64,000 nucleotides of DNA from Octopus sinensis (taxonomy: Eukaryota), in contig NC_043017.1 of assembly GCF_006345805.1 (NCBI RefSeq), positions 33,418,001 through 33,482,000 on the forward strand. The letters are read 5' to 3'. The notes under the pieces were generated by a model, which saw only the letters and a program-made list of their open reading frames with translations, was not told where the DNA came from and did not search any database. Both the position numbers and the translations under genes were made by a program. Numbering within the stretch: position 1 is the first letter of the stretch; each line of letters begins with the position of its first letter. Shown piece after piece: positions 63,220-64,000 of the stretch.

Positions 63220-63380
63220 AGTGCGTGTTCATCACCGGTCATCAATGACCGAAACGTGGTTCTGTTGCCCCGTTATGTGTCCCCTACCCGGGACCATCGA
63301 ACGGCTTCCATTCCTTCGTTTTAGAGGACACACCTTAGCCCTGACATCGCAGACTTCATGCAAGCACGCCGTTCGCGATA
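63220..63380 (-). mobile_element. Mariner transposase fragment
   Basis: Minus translation ...RTTFRSLMTGDEHAL resembles the FL.RIVTGDE catalytic motif. Confidence 0.45.
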
Positions 63381-64000
63381 CCATTTAATTTTTTTTTATT
63401 ACTTATTAAATTTCTTATTATTAACTAAATCTCTTACTTTTTGTATCACTACTTCCTTACTAAATATTAATGATGCTAATCTAATAGCCTTTTTTTTTTG
63501 CTAATACCACCTCTGCAATGTTTTCGTTTTTTTTTAATTTATTTTATTTTGCGACGTATTCTTTAGATTCACTTCATAAGACATGCAGCATTCTATGTTT
63601 TTCCTTTATGTGTATCTCTCATTCCATTTCTATTCCACATTTTTCAGGTCTCATGTTTTCTTAAATGACATCTGCCCCTCTCTCCTTAACTCTTTTCACC
63701 AACTGTTTTCTTTTTTAACATATATATATAAATGCATAAATTTTTTAAAATCTGAATTTAAATACAATGTTGCACAATATTTGAAAATGGATTTTATTTT
63801 ATTTGGCCATTGCAAGGACAAAATAATGCATATGGTTTTAAGTTGACACTCATACAAACATACAAAGAAACACACTGATTCTCTCTCTCACTCACTCTCT
63901 CTCTCTTTTTCTCTTTCTCTATCTATCTATCTATCTTTATCTCTCTCTCCACAAACACACACACACAAACTAGTGCGCGTGATGCAAATATTAGTCACTT

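Noticed and set aside
63235-63270. GGTCA-TCAA-TGACC GAAACGT resembling HHR stem II + GAAAC
   Set aside because: No CUGANGA-like core upstream; the opposite strand translates as a mariner TGDE motif.

Overview
Eukaryotic, AT-rich, repeat-saturated DNA. The SINE families, RTE LINE 3' ends and microsatellite load look like an octopus (coleoid cephalopod) genome; this is recognition, not a database result. I found no supportable host protein-coding exon, tRNA or rRNA gene, or CRISPR array, and most ORFs in the track are microsatellite or SINE artefacts. The window contains: (i) three tRNA-headed SINE families (working labels A, B, C; about 40 copies); (ii) many 5'-truncated LINEs (RTE, CR1, R4/Dong-like); (iii) decayed DNA transposons (mariner, Tc1, piggyBac-type MITEs, a Helitron) and a probable solo LTR; (iv) a 5'-truncated Neptune-type Penelope-like element (PLE) at 26.75-29.05 kb whose RT + GIY-YIG frame is broken by one in-frame stop. 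The most interesting signal is a set of minimal type I hammerhead ribozyme (HHR) motifs. One lies in the PLE 3' end (28910-28947) and three lie in short non-coding (TA)n-anchored elements (16474-16551, 50635-50669, 53369-53403). A further half-HHR sits in a long hairpin (14332-14418). They show compensatory stem changes and palindromic stem III, suggesting a PLE/retrozyme-like mini-element system. There is also a candidate HDV-like ribozyme 3' half at the start of a LINE-5'UTR-like repeat (30411-30500), a likely local 3' transduction, tandem SINE and LINE multimers, and visible SINE-LINE tail sharing.
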